In this document: positions 46,875-59,730 of the stretch, one piece after another
Layout: every line of letters begins with the position of its first letter
How positions within the stretch are numbered: position 1 is the first letter of the stretch
Assembly (NCBI GenBank): GCA_002269645.1
Contig: NIVC01001415.1
Location: 32,870-96,869, forward strand
Reading direction: 5' to 3'
DNA length: 64,000 nucleotides
Source: Macrostomum lignano
Lineage: Eukaryota
Translations under genes and position numbers: made by a program
The notes under the pieces: generated by a model
Database searches by the model: none
The model's input: only the letters and a program-made list of their open reading frames with translations
Told to the model about the DNA's origin: nothing

Positions 46875-47262
46875 GCGACATCACTTCGATGGAAGTCATT
46901 GGTCGCCAGGGGCTAGCGAAATGGGCGGTCTCCTCCGCCTCCTCGCTGCATCCACCGGACGCCCCCTGCAGCTAAGTCAAGTAAGTCAAGCTCGACGAAG
47001 CTTGCGTCAAGAGTCACGAGTTCGGTAAATTAAAGAGATCGCAATGTCTCCGGAGCGGTTGACCGACTGACCAGTGACGAATTGCAATTCATCAGTCGAC
47101 AAGCATACAATCTCCCCTCCACTATTCCGTCGTACTTGATCAAGGCTCAGTGAAAGTTTAAATCGAAGAAAATACTGAGCTAGCCTTCGTTTTCTTCCTC
47201 TCCTTCTCGACTTATTCTGACTTCGTAGAGTTGTAGTCTATGGCATAGCTTATCACCCAGCA

Positions 47263-47298
47263 AGAGAGAGAGAGAGCGAGAGAGAGAGAGAGAAAGAT

Positions 47299-47381
<83 letters not shown>
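47263..47381. repeat. (GA)n microsatellite
   Basis: Visible dinucleotide run. Confidence 0.95.
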
Positions 47382-47383
<2 letters not shown>

Positions 47384-48149
47384 ATATGAATTCATGGCTT
47401 CGCCACTCGTGAAAACATTGTAAGACCGTGGGTTGGTGTGAGCAAGAAAATAAGCGTGAGGAACTCCTCAGTGGCATGCGTTCTGCCTTTATTACAAATA
47501 ACTGTGGTTGTCAAATCAAATTCAAACACATTACAAAATCAAGAATTTTATCTATATTCTGGCTTGCTTGACCTCAACATCCCTTTTTGTTCTCTGGAGA
47601 TCAGTCTAAGATTTTGTCTATGGTATCTTCCGAGCGACAGTAAAGCTATTCTAAGGTCCCAGTTCAGGATAATGGGTGGAGGCGCGAGGGTTTCTAGGTG
47701 GAGCAACGCCATGGATGGACACTACGCGCACTCGTAATCTAGGTGTTGCTTCCCCTAGCACACTCGCGCCTCCACCCATTGTCAAAAAATCAGTCTTTAG
47801 GATAATGGAAGTGTCTATGGTCAAGCCTGATCCACACCCTTCATTTGAAACCTTTGGATGTGTTGACCTCGTCAATGGTGTTGACCTCGAGAGAACGGTG
47901 GGTTATTTTTAGAACAGAAAGAACAAACCCGAATTAGAAAGCATATATCAATTAATATTAATGGGGAGAATTAGTCTCCATAAGTACGACACAATTGTCA
48001 CAGTACCCATTTCAGTTGGAAATTGTTAAAAAAATACTATTGATCATTATGAAAATACCCCGGCCGTTCATCTGCAGACCGTCAGACACATTCACCGCTT
48101 TTTGCACGATTGAGCTTTGGAGTCCTTGCTCCATCGCTCACGCCTTGCT

Positions 48150-48300
48150 CATTCTAAGTTCTTGGAATTTTTGCAAGGACTGTCCCATTTAATCGCCAGG
48201 TAGCGCCAGACGGTGCTCTCGGACTGTTGACCCACAATAGCCAAGATCTCGCTCATTGAATGCCCTTCCGATTCCCGGTCGCGCACTCTGCTAACTATGG
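48150..48300 (-). mobile_element. Possible Tc1-like transposase HTH fragment
   Basis: EGHSMSEILAIVGQQSESTVWRYL resembles a GxSxxEIAxxVGxSxSTVxR helix-turn-helix; short, so weak. Confidence 0.3.
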
Positions 48301-49175
48301 CACGGAACAGGAAACAAGATCAGGGAAATTCAAATTATTTTCAATCATAAAAACACATCGGGAAAGTGAAATATAATTTCATCCACCCACTAAACTCACC
48401 AGATGCTGTGATCGGTGTATTCTTGCCCTTCTCGGATGTACAGAGTCGCGAGATCCGATGGAGTTTGCTGCTAGTTACGTTGGCTAAGCTTTTGAGACAG
48501 GCAGATTTGCCCTACTTGATCGAAAAATATTTCTCGTACTTCATATCAAGCTATATAGCATACGCTCGTATGTAGTCAATATTTCCTCTCTTCTTTTCTC
48601 TTAACATACTCAACACCCTGCCTGTTTCAATTTTGTGCTGGGCTGTGTGCTGTACTCTTATATTTTATGTGCATAGCTATACACTGAAATTAGAAAATGT
48701 GGATATTCATTTATTTTAATTTTTATTTTCTGCGAGAACTTGTGAGTCGGGCGATTATCAAAAAGTCTAACTTACGAACAACCTTTTATTATCACGAAGT
48801 GGCCCTTCAGTCGTTGGGATAATGGACGGGTAATCGTATTTTCTATGGTTAAACCATAAACACATTCAATTTATTTCTTCACTTAAACTTCGGGATAGAG
48901 GTTTTGAACTCGGGATAACGGATGAATTTTAGAACATAACAGCAAACACCAACAACTAAAGATATGCGCTATGGATAAGTAATAGCGCAGTATCAATATG
49001 GGGAATTTGGCATAGAGCCGAAGACCATTGTCCGAAACGTCTATGGTAAATTACTTCCAGATAATGACACTCAGATAATGACCCGTCATTATGTGTATTT
49101 TTACAACATTTTAACATACGTTTAAAAATATTTGACAAAAAAATGTAATCAAAGCGTCTCTCAGAGTCTCATTTA

Positions 49176-50481
49176 CGAGGGGAAGTCAAAAAGTAATGAT
49201 AATTTTGTTGTAACGCCTAAAATATAGGAGGTATTGAAATGCAACTGGTTTCGTTTAAAAAAGCATCTTTTGTTCTTAATTTGACAGAGTTTTGGTTCTT
49301 CTAGAGTGATTGATTTCTGCATGGTGACGCTCTAATACCCTTCCGCTCTAATACAGTATACCCTTTCAGCAACGGAAAATTAAAAAATCGAAGCTCGCAC
49401 TAAGTTGAAATTTTCTGTAAAACTTGGTTGGAAGCCAGCCGAAATCATTGACGCATAGAAGGTCTATATGGACACTGCTCCACCAGATCCAACCATTTAC
49501 TGCTGGATTTAGGCTTTTAAGGAAGGCTGAGAGGCCATGGAAGACGCCCAGTGGTCGGGAAGGCCCACAACATCGCGCACAGAGGAAAATGTGGCAGCTG
49601 TGCAGCAGGTACTTGAGCAGGATCGGTGCGTGACCATAGACAATATTGCTGACCAAGTGGCCATCTCTCATGGCGATGCTCCCATTGTGATTGACTGTCT
49701 TGGTCTGAGCAAGCTGAGTGCCCGCTGGGTCCCGCGGCTGTTGCGGCCTGAAGACTGGGTTCAGCGCACTGAGTGCGCCATCAACCTGCTGAACTGCTTG
49801 GACGCTGATTCAGAAAACTTTTACCAGCGCTTAGTGACTGAGGATGAAACATGAATATTTCAGTACAATCCCGTGTCCAAGGTCCAATCCAAGGAGTGGC
49901 TGCCACGATGTTCAGCGGGCCCTAAGAAGTTCCGTGCGGAAGGGTCTGCAGCGAAGGTCTTGGCGACCATCTTCTGGGATGTTGAGGGAGTGGTGATGGT
50001 GGACTTCTTGGAAAGCCAGAAGACCATCAATGCAACCTAATATGAGTCGCTTCTGCAAAGGTTCCACTCCGAATTGGCCAAAAAGCGACCCGGAAAGCTG
50101 CACCGTGGAATTCGCTTTCACCACGACAATGCACCAGCCCACACTTCTCGGCTCTGCCGTGAAGCCCTGCGAGATTTCCACTGGGAAATCCTCCGGCATC
50201 CTCCATATAGCCCTGATTTGTCTCCCAAGACTTTTTTGGTTCCCAAGCTGAAGGAAGCAATCAAAGGAGTCCAACATGAGGACAAAGAGGCTGCCAAAAA
50301 GGCTACTGTACAGTGGCTTGCTGCACAGCCTCCTGAGTTCTACGCGAACGGCCTGGAGAGATGGCGACACCGCATGGAGAAGTGTCTGACCCTTGAAGGG
50401 GACTATGTAGAAAAGTAGATTCTAATTTTAAGTTTGACACTCGTGAGAACAAAATTATCATTACTTTTTTACTTTCCCTCG
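49176..50481 (+). mobile_element. Full-length inactive mariner (Tc1/mariner, DD34D type), 1306 bp
   Basis: 34-bp TIRs CGAGGGGAAGTCAAAAAGTAATGATAATTTTGTT with 2 mismatches; TA on both sides (49174-75, 50482-83). Transposase has SGRP, WVPRLL, VTEDET, HHDNAPAH and HPPYSPDL, with several stops and an indel near the third Asp. Confidence 0.95.
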
Positions 50482-50599
50482 TACTAAATCGTTCCCGTGA
50501 AAACTAAACTTAGTTTTTTACTAAACTTAGGTAGTTATCACCGTGGTTTTGTTTCACGGAGAACGTAACGTTTCCGTCGCTAGTAGCCAAAAAAAGATG

Positions 50600-51000
50600 A
50601 TTGTCCTTAGTTCGTTGAGGCAGTAGATCCAGATACCTTCGTACGTTGGCGGTCTCATGGCCTGCTTGTTGTCGCCACGTGATTTCGCCATCACTGGATC
50701 AACCGGTTTGTTCTTTGATGAAAGCTTCGGCAACAAGTAGTTCTTTACCATTAGCATCAATGTGAAGCTGGAGAATTTCGCGTTTCTTCAGATATTTCAA
50801 ATGTCCCTGCCCGCGCTCACCGAGACTGAAGAGAAGATAGAACAGAAATCAATCCTGTTCAGCGTTCGCGGTTCCGCCTTGGAAGTAGGCAGACAGTTTC
50901 AGCATGTCGCCCTCTTCATTCGGCTCGTATTGCTGCTGGACGTCGCCACCTTCTTTGTGAAACTTTCTACGTCGTAACTTGCACGCGAAGCATCCGAAGC
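50600..51000 (-). mobile_element. Degenerate Crypton relic 2
   Basis: KFHKEGGDVQQQYEPNEEGDMLKLSAYF..FLFYLLFSLGERGQGHLKYLKK..DANGKE..SKN matches the Crypton YR central region; stop and frameshift present. Confidence 0.55.
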
Positions 51001-51719
51001 TTTTGCTGAATCAAAATATATTGACAAACAGAGAGATAAGAGAGTTTTCCTTATCTCTCTGTAACCTAGAAAGGATTTTTTTGTTGAAGTTTTTTAATTT
51101 CAAAAGTAAACATAATTACTCACATATGTTGCTCATTTGTTTGTTAAATTCTGATTTGACATGAAATATACAGCTTCTCTCTCTACACACTTACCAGTGT
51201 TCTTCTCTTTAAGTTGGCAGCCCAGACAAGCCTTCGGGTACCAACCGGTAGCCCATTGACAGGCAAGCGCTCAGAATCTCATTCCATTAATCCTGTTTCA
51301 TTTTGTCACTCAGTGAAGGACTAAATTTTCCAAAAAGGATATTCCTGTTTTCTTCATTTTTTTCTAGAAGAAATAGTTTGTCCTCACAAGTATCTTTCAT
51401 TTTAGGCTTAAAGAGATACAGAATGAAAGAAACCAAATAAAATACCACTTAGCTCGTATCATTTAGACACAAATTATTTATAAGCAAAAGCTCACAGTTA
51501 AAAATTCTATGGTTCAAAGCCAAAGTTTATGGCCTTGGAAGAATGATTGTAAGACCTAGGTTGACCCTTGGACTGCGCAACTATAGGGTCCTATTTTTAA
51601 ACTTGACAAGTGGTTGCTAAATTCTCATGAAACTGAGATCGCTGTCACTTATCACTTGTAACTTTTAATTTGTCTGACAAGTGGCTTCTTGAAATCCACC
51701 CAGGAATCCAGAAAATTTG

Positions 51720-52945
51720 GAAAACTTCTTTTCATCTCCTTTCTTTGGAGCTACAACGATCGAGGCGCACCTGGGAGTAGTCGGGGCTCCGTCACTGCAA
51801 ATTTCTTGCTGCCTTTCTAAAGAATCTAGCTCGATCTTGATTTTTTCTTGGAGGGGCAGTGGTAATCAGCGTGAAACTTTCACAGAAAATGGGATCCCAT
51901 CGTCCTTTATCGCAATCTGAAATCTCTCAATATTTATGGGTCGGATTTCTTCGTCGAAGACCATTGGGAACTCTTGGATTAAATCCAGTTCCGTGACTTT
52001 TCTTCGGCACCATTCGTCGAAAGCTGAAATAAAAAGTCATAGGGAACAATACCCAATTTTTCCATATCTGTCAGGTGCAATCAAGTTCTTTAGTACGTGA
52101 ATCCTTGTTGTTGCGCGCTTCCCGTTTAGGGCTATTGTAGCGGGGAAGTTACTGTTTGTTCTGATGAACCGTCCATAGGCTGATTGCGGCACAGTTGTGT
52201 CATGCCTCAATTGTGAAACAGTGACGTGCAGCTCCTGCAACTGTACTCTCGGATTGTGTCGATATTCGGAATAACCCGTATCGGGCATCATTTTCAGCTG
52301 CTCATTGTTTCCTAAAACTGTTATATTTGGGGTTGTAGGTTCCAGAGAAAATAGATCTGAAAGTCTCGGCTCTCTTGCTTGCCGATATTTACGATATGCT
52401 TTATTTTTTCCTCTTTGCCGCACCTGTCTTTAGCCGCTGCCAAATCAATACAGTACGCTCGTAGAAAAAAAGCCATAAAACACAAGCACAAATACAACAT
52501 ATGCTACAATTCCAACGTAATAACCAAGGTAGAGAGTCTCGGCTGTTTTTTAAAGCTATAGCCACTGCGACGATTAGAACGATTCGCAAAATTTACACGA
52601 CCGCATCAAGTCTCTCCGCTGCATAACGTATTCATTCAAACTTTATCCGTCGCTTAGCTGCTTCTCCAGAATCTGTTCCTTTCCAAAATGATGTCAGTCT
52701 GTCCTGGCATGTACTCTCTAATAGCTTCTATGACATGCTGTGGGTCCTTGAATTCTAATTTCAGTCAGTGGCAGGTTCTTATACTCGTACCTTGAGATAT
52801 TCGGAGAATGTTGCAGATGTGAATGCATTTAAAAACATTTGACGCTTCGCAGTGGATGTTGACAGCGCCGAAATATATGCTTCCAGGGTTGCTCTCCAGG
52901 AATTGAAGTCATTAGTAGTGTCTACTGATAGGTCCAGACATGGGA
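51720..52945 (-). mobile_element. Degenerate Ty3/Gypsy gag-protease-RT(N-term) fragment
   Basis: gag: LDLSVDTTNDFNSWRATLEAYI, IREYMPGQTDIILERNRF, SLNEYV..CKFC. Protease: MMPDTG. RT start: QEFPMVFDE..PLPLQEKIKIELDSLE..IVVAPKKG. Multiple stops and frameshifts. Confidence 0.75.
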
Positions 52946-55039
52946 TGTGCAGTATAGGTAGAGTGTAGCGGTTGCTACAACTAAAGATACGAACGAAATT
53001 GCGATCGCGCTAAGTTGATAAAACAAAGCGGTAAAGTTGACGAACGCGCCGAGAAGGCTGCCCTTCATTGACTGCCCGTTCTCAACTCGTGTACACAGCA
53101 TGTAACTTGCCTTAGACATTTAACTTCGTTTCAAATAAGATATGATTACTAATTAAACTTTCGAATTGATTGGCTTATGGATCATAGCGATACGATTGTA
53201 ACCACAGAAATTACACAGAATGCTCAATAAGTCTGTCTATGACTCCGAAATGCATGCGCGTGCACACTACTTTTTCGGTGAATGCGCTGAAGTAGTGCAG
53301 AGGAAACTGATGAAGCATTGTGTTTATTTGACGTCTAACCATCAATAGTTATGGAAACCTGGAAAGAACCGGCTCATATCAAGTATGCTAAGAAAGACAA
53401 AACTAACTCACTATATTGAACTCAAGCGACACAAAATGAACGCACTCTTGCATGTTTATTTTCGATGGTTTGCACCTATATCAAATGGTGTAAAATGTAA
53501 AATTTCAAACTATAAAATGGCCAAATGGGAACGTGATATACTTGTACCAGACAGGAAGACCATTTAGAAACTCGGCAGTGATTAGGGAGCATGAACCAGA
53601 AAGCCTTTAACAGGTGGATGCCGATGGGGGGGGGTATTTCAAATACCCAAAAGTTATCCACGCCATAACTCTTGAACCCGACGATGGATTCGTCTGAAAA
53701 TTCACAGTATGGGCAAAAATTTATCGAGGAATCTGATGAAGCCATCGCCGACTCTCTCCGACGTCGAGATCGTCGAGATATTCAGCGATTCTCAAGGAGG
53801 TCCCCCTGTTTTTGAAGGCAAACCGTCGAATTCAGTGGCTAGGTCTTGACACCAGGCAGAAAGGTGCCCAAAATGATCCCAAACCTCATTTCAGCCATTG
53901 GTGAGGTAACCCAGAACACTTGTAGTGCGCTACAACAATGCCCCGTGGCCACCGTCGACCATCGTCAGGACATTCAACGAGCACATTCTGACATCATTGG
54001 AATTCGAGATCCGAAACAAATTTCGGTCAATATTTATTATGAAATCTTGTCAATGAGCAACCTACGACTCCTTCTTGCATTCAACCTACTTCCTGCACCA
54101 TCCCGACCGTCTGGACGAACGTCGGGACCTTCAACGGATGTGTCCATCGGACTTCTGGCAGTCTAGCATATACTTTGGCTAGAAATTCTTGATCAAGCCT
54201 CACCAATGAGCAACGTGAGACTCCCTGTCGCACTCACTATACTCACTCACTATAAACAGTCTGCAATGATCTACAATAAACAGCATGCAATCGACGCATG
54301 AACCAAAAGTGTACACAGCAAGGCCTCCACTTTTTTCATTCACTGCCATGTCTTGTCCCACCGAAACTCATAAACCTGCCTTTGTGCCTGTCATTAAATG
54401 TGCAAGTTTCACAGTAAAAGAATTGTTTCCACTGTGACAACAATCAAAATTTCAGTCCGAAATTAGACCATAACCGTTATAAGAGCATTTCGAATTTCTA
54501 CTGCAAATTTATGTCGGCAGTTTTAAGCATAAAGCTTTCCAGTAAAACATGATTACTATTATTTCTGCTTTTTATCCGCTACTTTCTCAGCATAATTTCC
54601 ACTGTTATGATCCTCTTTTAATTTCCATATCGATTCTGCATTTCGATTCAGCTAAACCGATTTTTTTCTTGGGAATGTTAATTTGGACAAAACTGGGTAC
54701 ATCTTTTGGTGTAAAAGTCTGAGTGAGTAAGAGAAAGTGACACTAAAAGTTTACAGATTATAACGGTACACTTACGAGCAGTCGGAGCAAAAATAACGGG
54801 TGTCATGCACTTCGCGTGCCGTGTGCGATCTGCAAAGACCTTCGTCACAGACATAGCACCGTCGTGTTGTTGTACTTAGCAGGTTTTCTAGCAGAAAAAG
54901 CAGAAAAACTTAGAAAAACTTAGCAGAAAAACTTAGCAGGTTTTCTTAGCAGGTACTTAGCACCTCTCCAGGCAACTGAACGTCTCCAGATATCACCACT
55001 GCAGAGGTTCTAGCAGTTGCCACGCGTAGTGACTCTGAT

Positions 55040-57358
55040 CAGTAATCAGTTGATTTGCTTTCCTTCGCCTGGACAGAACCGGATAGAATGGTGCTGAAGC
55101 GCTTCTGCTGCATCATTGAAGCGTCAATGTATCGCTCTAGAGCGGAGCAACTGCGCCCGTGATACGTCCAATATCCTCGCGCGGTACACCAGCATCGCGT
55201 AAAACGGTTGCACAGGTTTTGTGCAACGACTAGTTAGTGTAGCGTGTGCTGTCGTTTGGAGCCACCTTCGTCACAAGCGACTTTACAGTTGAGGCCAACG
55301 TGTGCCGTCGAATCGGAATCCTTGTAGACCATTCCGAGCGACCATCAGGCTTCCACCGCCTGTTGCATGACAAGAAAAGAGCCTCGCAACACCCGCTCGG
55401 CCGGTGCGAAACGTAGTCGGTGTAGAGACCGACAATGCACTTAGAATCATCTTCAATGTGGAAGGCTCTGACGATCTTCTGTTCCCGTCGAAGGCGGTCT
55501 AAACCACCCTGGTTGGTCTTCTATCCGCTGTTGTCCCTATAGACTAAACAGACCTCATCATCAATCGCTTCTAGCTGGATCTGTCGATTGTACTCCAGGT
55601 CTCGCAACTCCGAACCACCGCGTAGTGCGAAATGTTTTCCCACACCCCAAACCGCGGAACTCACCAGCTGTCGTGGACTATCACTACCAAGCACACCTTC
55701 AGACCAGAGCTTCTCTTCGATACTAGATGGTACAGGTCCTGCATGACGCAATCCACTACCCTTTCCGTCACGGGTACTCATCTTCATCGAAGCATCCAGC
55801 ACACGTCGGCTCTCATTGAATTCGACGTCCTTCCAGAGGCTCCATAGCTTTCCGCATTCGTTGACTAAGTATAGTATTGCAGCATGCTGAAAAAATCATT
55901 CAATGTAGAAGCGCCATAGCGATCACCATGCTTATTTCGTACCTCTAAGATAAATCACTTAAGAACGTAGTTGCGATCGTGCTTGCTCATCACGGATAGA
56001 TCGGCCAACACCATCAAACTCGGTCCATGTTCTGCCTTACCTTATTGATTCTTCTTCCTTTCGTGCCACGATCGAAAGATTTCTACTGAAGAGTTCGCTT
56101 TATCACACTAGAGAGAGGGAAAGGGAGAGAGAGAGAAAGAGAAGAGAGAGAGAATTTAATCTAGTGTCTAAACGCACGAACTCCCACTTCCAGACCTCAA
56201 GCCTGGGAACAAGTTCAGTGTTCACTTACTGGTGCGGGCTCCTCTTCTTTGTCGGGCAGGTTTTCCGAGCTCGACTCTTCAAATCTTCCTCCTCCGGAGT
56301 AGTCTTCTTGAATTCTAGAATCGGCCGAACATGAGAGCTCAATAACTTAGTCCGTCGACGTTAATATATTCCTCGAGTGCAGAAATCAATATATTCCTCG
56401 AGTGCAGAAATCGATATATTCCTCGAGTGCAGAAATCAATATATTCCTCGAGTGCAGAGATGCGCCCTAATAACAATGTCAACTCTATAACAATAACGAG
56501 GTCCTCCGAAAGGGCATCTTCTTCTAGAAATAAAGAAGGAATCTGAGTCGTGTGCTCCTATCGGTTACTCTAGGGTACCAAAATCAATCAATCAGTAATC
56601 GACTAAGAGTATCGGAATCGGTCCGCAGATCCTATCTAATCCCTTAGGAATAGGGAGGCCTCAAATTCAATAACTCTATAAATCGACTGATCAGTAACGG
56701 CCGGCAATGACAGCTCTCAATAATCGAATAACAAAGACTCAAATAACAAAGACTCTAACAAGGCTTACCAATTGGTGTTTGTCCCTCTCAGAGATATAGC
56801 CTTGCTTGGTAGCTTTGGCTAAGCCCAAGATTTATTAAGGCTGCTCCAAGTCTGAGGTTTCAGCTCGGACTTTTCGCTTGTACGCTCGTATTTATACACG
56901 ATTTCATTCGACCTTGAGCTTCAAACCGGTTTTATTGATAAGAATCAAAGGATGGACTTTGTCTCTTGACCGGTGGGGTTTTACATAGAAAAGGGGTGAA
57001 GCCTGGGTCGCATTTAAATTGACATTTGAAAACCGTTTTTTGGACTATGGAATGATCACTCGCTGTTTACGTGATATTGCATGTATTACTGAAAATAGAG
57101 TATGACGCATGTTAGTTTTTAAATAGTATTCATGTTTTTATCTCACTACTTCTAGTAGGCTATTAGGCTTGGAGATCTCTACACTACCACCCACTTACAC
57201 TTCGTTGTAGCTTCTGGCACTACAGACGCAATCATTTCGTTGAGTCTCTGCTTATCTTCGTTGCAATCGGTTGTGGGAGCCAGTGGCAAGTCACTCAAGA
57301 CTGCTTCGACTTCAGCAAGACTAAGTGATTCAAAACCGACGCTATCAATATCACTCAT
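55040..57358 (-). mobile_element. Degenerate Crypton relic 3 (near-complete tyrosine recombinase), interrupted by solo LTR
   Basis: Reconstructed: MSDID..VPEATTKCKWVV|EIFRSW..FILEVRNKHGDRY..EEKLWSEGVLGSDSPRQL..FALRGGSELRDL..KTNQGGL..YTN*SLHKTCAT..AGV..I..ITG/RS..LERY..QQKRFSTIL. The catalytic R-K-H-R-H-Y positions are identifiable but partly mutated. Confidence 0.85.
56087..57183. mobile_element. Solo LTR (1097 bp), TG...CA, 4-bp TSD CTAC
   Basis: Starts TGAAGAG and ends CTCTACA (6/7 inverted). CTAC at 56083-56086 and 57184-57187. Removing it rejoins the Crypton frame. Internal 25-bp x4 repeat at ~56365-56458. Confidence 0.88.
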
Positions 57359-58299
57359 GTTGAAACTAACGCGAAAGTGTCGCGGATTAAAATTAAAGAG
57401 ATTAAGTAGACAACCACTCAATTTGAAATACCAAACACAATCGTTTTCGGGAACTGCATCAAATCAACATTTGTCTATGGTTATAAATGTACAGTGTTAG
57501 TTTGGCCAAATGGGGGATAAATATATTATTTCCGTTCATTTTAGTCTATGGTCTAAAGCAAATGTATTAGACTCGTTTCTTAGCCGAGGCGAAGCATAAT
57601 TTGCTTCAGACCAAAAGAAATAAATAAACGGAAATAACTTTTATTTTACGCCCGCAAATAGGTAATTATTTTCTTTGTGCCATAAATATTTTTGTCTCAG
57701 CAAGGCTGCAAGAGAAAGAATGGCCACGAAGCCCCCACATTTTAAGCATATACACTTTTGATGAAAACGATCGAAGCTAATTGTCATGCAGCGTGCGCTG
57801 CAGTCTAGAAACAAGTTGCAGCGCAGTATAAGAGATTGAATCAGCTATATTTTGCGGGCATTAAATGCAAGTTTTGACTTTCCTTTCATTCATGCAGGCT
57901 TAAATGTACTGTACATGTAGTCTATATGGTATTAACGCGGGTTAGATCAAGTGCCCGCCGGGCAAAAAGGTCAGGATACAATTGATCATCGGAGAGCACG
58001 AATTTTATCACTTAAGGGAGCTATTACAACATTAGGTCTTATTTTTCAGCGAGCAACATATAACCACGAGTATACATGTATAGGAAACAGGAACAAGAAC
58101 TAAAAATCTGCTCAGCGCTGAGTCCTCAGAATCCGATTAGAACAATTACTGTTTTCTAGATTTTTTGTATTTGCATAAGTAAGTTACTTCTAGTAGTAGG
58201 TTGCTGCCACCACAGCAAAGTTGCAGAAAATAATTATCTCTCGGAATCCAAAAAATTACAGAATTGATTCGCCTGCAATGCACACTGGAAATGGAATAC

Positions 58300-58700
58300 A
58301 TGATGGCCACATAGCATCCATTAACGACGGGTCGTCACGTCACTTATTAAAGTGCAAATCTCAAGGACCATAAATATCTTGCTGAATCTCCGGTGTGGCC
58401 AGCTGTCTCTTAAATGCAGCCTTGAGACTTAAGTGGGCTTTCTCAACGGGGTTTAAGAGTACGGTGGCAGCACCTTCATTAGCCATGCAGTTGCGCACTT
58501 ATGAATTAAGCTTGATTTGCTCCATTTTCCAATGCAATTGATAGCGAGGATCTCTCAAGCTCAGCTGAACGATTCGTGCACTAGTTGCTCAATGCACCCT
58601 ATACAGCTATATACAATGGTCCTTGTTATTGCCTCGTTGATAATCTCCTGACATACGAGTCCCGGATTCGGCGAGATGGCTTGAATATAGTCGAGGTAAA
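58300..58700 (-). mobile_element. Highly degraded IS630/Tc1-like DDE transposase fragment
   Basis: IQAISPNPGLV..; KVLPPYS/LNPVE/LKAAFKRQLATPEIQ across frameshifts (cf. LPPYSPxLNPIE). Confidence 0.45.
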
Positions 58701-59730
58701 ATTGAACACTCGATAATGCAAGTATACCAGTATGTACTTGTTACAAGTCTACCAACCCATTTTCTTCGTCTGCTGCGGCCTTATGGACCCACAAGTCCAG
58801 TATGTTGAAGCCTATTTCATACAGATAAACGCGATGGCAGGCAAGGCGGTCAGATCAACAAACTATCAAAATGAAAAGCATTACCAAAATTTTGCATTAC
58901 AACAAAATAAAAAGTAAACTGTCTTTCATAATTACATTATGCAGTGAATAGCGTATATTTGCTAAAATTATTTTTAAATTATTTTGGTAAGGCATGTAAA
59001 TTCGAAATTATTATTACCTAACTTTCTGTAGAAAGCGAAGAAGATTTAAACTTGTACTTTATCACATAATTTTAAGAATATTAGAATAATATTTAGTATA
59101 TTTAAGATAATACAGTATATATACAGTAATACTGAGGCTTTAAGCTAGAAGATTAGAATTTTTTTAACTGCAGTCATGATTCATCAAAAAATTATTGCTA
59201 GATAGGCCTAGCTTGTTGAATATTTCAATATAGCCTCTGCTGCTTTGTATTCTACTCCTAGTCCTAGTCCTACCTAAGTCTTACTAACTAGGCCTATGGC
59301 TATTGTTGACTTGTAAATATCAAATGAATAAAATGAGAAGAAGCCAATTATATGTTCCAATTTTTTTCTCTTTGAATGTATACTTCCTTATCCTTAGTGC
59401 CCTTATAACAGGCAGCCCATGGCCATAACCCCATAAGAAAACTTGACTAATTAATAAATTTAATTTTGCTAAACAAATGCAAATTTAAAATGTCAAGTCA
59501 AGATAATGTCAAGATAAGGGAAGAGAGAAGTGAGAGGATAATGGAGAAAGTAGAGAGATGAGAGAGCAGAGAGGAGATAAAGGAGAGGAGAGAAAAGGGA
59601 CTTCTTCAAGTTTATGTTGATAAAATAGTTTCAATTTTGATAGGATCATAATTTTGTCTCTAAAGTGGTTTTTGATGGTGCTGATTTCAAATTTGAGCTC
59701 CATTTTTAGGTAGCTTTAACCCAATTATAT

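Noticed and set aside
53850-54250. Repeated VAH[W/Y] peptides suggesting a MYND-type zinc finger relic
   Set aside because: Fragments are interrupted by stops and lack the required Cys spacing.
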